Part shown: one piece after another, positions 33,936 to 36,449 of the stretch | Layout: every line of letters starts with the position of its first letter | How positions within the stretch are numbered: the first letter of the stretch is position 1 | NCBI GenBank assembly: GCA_045648845.1 | Contig: JAZROR010000038.1 | Location: forward strand, 1-36,449 | DNA from: Clostridia bacterium | GTDB taxonomy: Bacteria > Bacillota > Clostridia > Monoglobales > Monoglobaceae | Reading direction: 5' to 3' | DNA: 36,449 bases | The notes under the pieces: model-generated | Told to the model about the DNA's origin: nothing | What the model saw: the letters and a program-made list of their open reading frames with translations, nothing else | Databases searched by the model: none | Translations under genes and position numbers: made by a program

Positions 33936-34808
33936 ATGTTTAAAATGCAACCCATAAAAAAAGACCTTGAGATACAAGGATTTAACAGTATTTATTATTT
34001 TGAATTTAGTAAAAATTTTTCTCACGCTCCCGAAAAACACAACTTCTGGGAAATGGTTTATGTTGACAGCGGCAGCATAAATGCCATTACCAACGGCATT
34101 GGCTGCACATTAAATCAAGGTCAGGCAATTTTTCACGAGCCCATGGAAATGCACGCCCACATTTCAGACAACTGTGCAGCAAGCAATCTTCTTGTAGTTT
34201 CCTTCACAGTGGACAGCAATATGATGAATTCACTAAAAAATAAAACATTTTCACTGGACAAAACCTCCCGCACTCTCCTTTCCCTTTTTCTTGCAGAGGC
34301 AAAAAACGCCATTGGCGAAATTCCCAGTGACTATGAAGACAAAAGTTCTCTTCGTTTTTTGCCCGGTATTTTTGGTTCCTCTCAGTTGCTTGGGTGTTAT
34401 TTTACCGAACTTCTTATTCACCTTATCCGTAACGAGAGTGCCTTGGGTGAAACAATGCTTGCCGGAAAAACTTCGCGTGATATAGCCAACAACTCATTGG
34501 CAGAACTGATTTGCGAGCACTTAAAAGCAAATATTTATTCAAATATTTCTCTCGAACAACTATGCAAGCACTTTCTCCTTGGAAAAACACAGCTGTGCAA
34601 AATTTTCCGTGAAAACACGGCTATGAGTCCTATGGATTATTATTCCTCTTTAAAAGTCAAGGAAGCAAAAAAACTTTTGAGAGAAACCAACAACTCTGTC
34701 AGTCAAATTTCAGATATGCTTGGTTTTTCCTCAATTCACACTTTTTCCAGATCATTCAAAAAAGCAGTAGGCCTATCCCCCACTGCTTATCTGAAAAGTA
34801 TATTATAA
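33936..34808 (+). CDS. AraC/XylS-family transcriptional regulator (N-terminal cupin-like sensor plus C-terminal double HTH)
   Basis: 290-aa protein with a C-terminal AraC HTH region (LEQLCKHFLLGKTQLCKIFRENTAMSPMDYY...ISDMLGFSSIHTFSRSFKKAVGLSP). It is divergent from the sugar operon. Confidence 0.85.
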   Translation: MFKMQPIKKDLEIQGFNSIYYFEFSKNFSHAPEKHNFWEMVYVDSGSINAITNGIGCTLNQGQAIFHEPMEMHAHISDNCAASNLLVVSFTVDSNMMNSLKNKTFSLDKTSRTLLSLFLAEAKNAIGEIPSDYEDKSSLRFLPGIFGSSQLLGCYFTELLIHLIRNESALGETMLAGKTSRDIANNSLAELICEHLKANIYSNISLEQLCKHFLLGKTQLCKIFRENTAMSPMDYYSSLKVKEAKKLLRETNNSVSQISDMLGFSSIHTFSRSFKKAVGLSPTAYLKSIL

Positions 34809-34825
34809 TATGCCGCTTTGATAAA

Positions 34826-34866
34826 AAACCAAATCAGCTGCAAATATTTGCAGCTGATTTTTTATT
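34826..34866. terminator. Bidirectional terminator (AraC gene / ACT-domain gene convergent)
   Basis: Perfect 30-nt palindrome AAATCAGCTGCAAAT|ATTTGCAGCTGATTT (34831-34860), flanked by an A-run on the left and a T-run on the right. Confidence 0.8.
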
Positions 34867-34868
34867 GA

Positions 34869-35291
34869 TTAAATTTCTTCGGGTTTTGCAAGTCCAATGC
34901 CATTTTCTGTTAAAACCTTTTCAAGTTTAACCTCGTCATCGGCTTTTAAAACCATAAGTGCCTTTCCCTCTGTTCTGCCAAGGAATGCATACATATATTC
35001 AATGCCAATCCCTGCATCCGATACCAAATTGAGAACAGCCGCAAGACCGCCGCTTCGGTCATCAATGTATACCGCAACAACCTCCGTTGTTTTGGAAATA
35101 ACACCCAGACCTTTGAGCACAAGCTTTGCCTTATCAGGATTATCCACTATAATGCGAAGAATACCAAAATCAGTGGTATCAGCAATGGAAAGTGCGCTGA
35201 TGTTTATGTCATTTTCGCCAAGAGCATTTATTATACTCTGCAATCTACCAACCTTATTTTCAACAAAAATCGAAAGCTGCTTTATAAACAT
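34869..35291 (-). CDS. ACT domain-containing protein (tandem ACT), PaaK-associated
   Basis: 140-aa protein. MFIKQLSIFVENKVGRLQSII...ISALSIADTTDFGILRIIV is a typical ACT fold sequence. It lies directly downstream of a phenylacetate-CoA ligase gene, as commonly seen in anaerobes. Confidence 0.8.
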   Translation of the reverse strand: MFIKQLSIFVENKVGRLQSIINALGENDINISALSIADTTDFGILRIIVDNPDKAKLVLKGLGVISKTTEVVAVYIDDRSGGLAAVLNLVSDAGIGIEYMYAFLGRTEGKALMVLKADDEVKLEKVLTENGIGLAKPEEI

Positions 35292-35308
35292 AAAATCTCT
35301 CCTTTCAA

Positions 35309-36449
35309 TTATTTAAGCTTACGCTTGTCAATAACACGTTTTGCCTTACCTTCGCTGCGTTCTATTGATTTGGGGTTAACAAGGCTAACCTTTGGCCCAA
35401 TTCCCAATGTACTTCTGAGGCTGTCAGAAATTTGTCTTTCAACTTTTTGAATTGTCTTGATTCCGTCAGAGAAAAGTTCTTCACTCATTTCAACGTTAAC
35501 CTGGAATGTATCGGTATTATTCTCTCTATCAACAATAATCTGATAGTTTGGTGTAATATCGCCGCCAATTTTCAAGAGAACTTCTTCAATCTGTGACGGG
35601 AATACGTTGACACCACGGATGATGAGCATATCATCTGTTCTGCCCTGAGGTTTATTCATTCTCACGTGGGTTCTGCCACACTTACAGGGTTCATAGTTGA
35701 GAGAACAAATATCACGTGTTCTGTACCTGATAAGCGGGAAGCCCTCCTTTGTGATTGTGGTGAATACAAGTTCACCCCATTCACCCTCAGGAAGAACCTC
35801 GCCTGTGTCAGGGTCAATAATTTCAGGGATAAAGTTATCTTCACAAACGTGCATACCGCACTGATATTCACATTCATAAGAAACACCGGGACCCATAATT
35901 TCAGAAAGTCCATAAATATCATAAGCTTTAAGTCCCAATTTTTCTTCAATTTGCACACGCATCTCCTCGGTCCATGGTTCTGCACCAAAGATACCCGCTT
36001 TCAGCTTAAGTTGGTCCTTAACGCCCATTTCTTCAATAGTTTCGCCAAGATACATTGCATAAGACGGAGTGCAGCAAAGAACTGTTGCGCCAAAATCAAT
36101 CATAGTCTGGATTTGTCTTTGTGTATTACCTGCTGAAATCGGGATAGCTGTGGCACCTATTCTTACAGCACCATCATGAGCACCGAAACCGCCCGTAAAA
36201 AGTCCAAGTCCATAGCCCACGTGAACAAAAGAGTTTTCATCCGCACCGGTTGCAATAAGCATTCTTGCAAAACAATCAGCCCACATACTGAGGTCATTAT
36301 CTGTATAACCAACCACAATTTGCTTGCCGGTTGTTCCTGATGATGCGTGAACTCGCCTTATATCTTTCATAGGCACAGCAAAAAGACCATAGGGATAATA
36401 ATCTCTCAAATCCTGCTTGTATGAAAACGGAAGCTTGTGTAAATCTTCA
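35309..36449 (-). CDS. paaK: Phenylacetate-CoA ligase family (PaaK / F390-synthetase-like adenylate-forming enzyme); N-terminus beyond the right window edge
   Basis: Contains the AMP-binding motif HASSGTTGK. The track 'M' at 36409 is a TTG codon. The frame stays open to 36449, reading [26 protein letters not shown], the conserved PaaK N-terminal region. About 50 residues are missing. Confidence 0.85.
   Translation of the reverse strand, partial: EDLHKLPFSYKQDLRDYYPYGLFAVPMKDIRRVHASSGTTGKQIVVGYTDNDLSMWADCFARMLIATGADENSFVHVGYGLGLFTGGFGAHDGAVRIGATAIPISAGNTQRQIQTMIDFGATVLCCTPSYAMYLGETIEEMGVKDQLKLKAGIFGAEPWTEEMRVQIEEKLGLKAYDIYGLSEIMGPGVSYECEYQCGMHVCEDNFIPEIIDPDTGEVLPEGEWGELVFTTITKEGFPLIRYRTRDICSLNYEPCKCGRTHVRMNKPQGRTDDMLIIRGVNVFPSQIEEVLLKIGGDITPNYQIIVDRENNTDTFQVNVEMSEELFSDGIKTIQKVERQISDSLRSTLGIGPKVSLVNPKSIERSEGKAKRVIDKRKLK

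Noticed and set aside
1-36449. A window-wide look for CRISPR arrays, tRNA/rRNA genes, IS elements, prophage, toxin-antitoxin or known defence-system genes.
   Set aside because: I found no regularly spaced direct repeats, no cloverleaf-capable conserved tRNA motifs in the intergenic gaps, and no transposase, integrase, nuclease or methylase-like ORFs. Every gap over 80 bp is accounted for by promoters, terminators or the riboswitch, apart from the DnaA-box region.

Overview
This window looks like a low-GC Firmicutes/Clostridia chromosomal segment. Anaerobe and spore-former hallmarks are NfnAB, Rex and a YaaH/SleL-type LysM-GH18 protein. It is densely coding, with about 31 CDS, nearly all core metabolism.

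Gene content, left to right:
- a purine permease (cut by the left edge) and gdhA
- an AgcS alanine/glycine symporter behind a clear singlet glycine riboswitch
- a yaaH-like spore cortex hydrolase and an NSS transporter
- nfnAB, topB, a DUF1292 gene with ruvX, a MATE exporter and an orphan 1-phosphofructokinase-like kinase
- a 508-bp AT-rich divergent gap
- a plus-strand block: acn, icd, rex, a P-loop::Asp23 fusion, ogg and a nitroreductase
- guaB translationally coupled to a twin zinc-ribbon ORF, then a serine hydrolase
- uxaC-eda-kdgK, divergent from a signal-less beta-helix protein
- a small charged ORF and a Cof-type HAD phosphatase
- an AraC-flanked operon of PIG-L deacetylase, PfkB kinase and a NagB-like protein
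- an ACT-domain gene and paaK (cut by the right edge)

I saw no rRNA, tRNA, CRISPR array, transposase, integrase or recognisable defence or toxin genes.

I see no clear novel system. The leads I consider most worth follow-up are:
- the deacetylase/kinase/NagB-like operon, a possible non-canonical amino-sugar route
- the rex-coupled P-loop::Asp23 fusion
- tandem perfect DnaA boxes at a gene-orientation switch
- the guaB-coupled zinc-ribbon protein
- the cytoplasmic beta-helix protein beside an incomplete hexuronate operon

All functional calls rest on motif and family recognition by eye. No database search was run.
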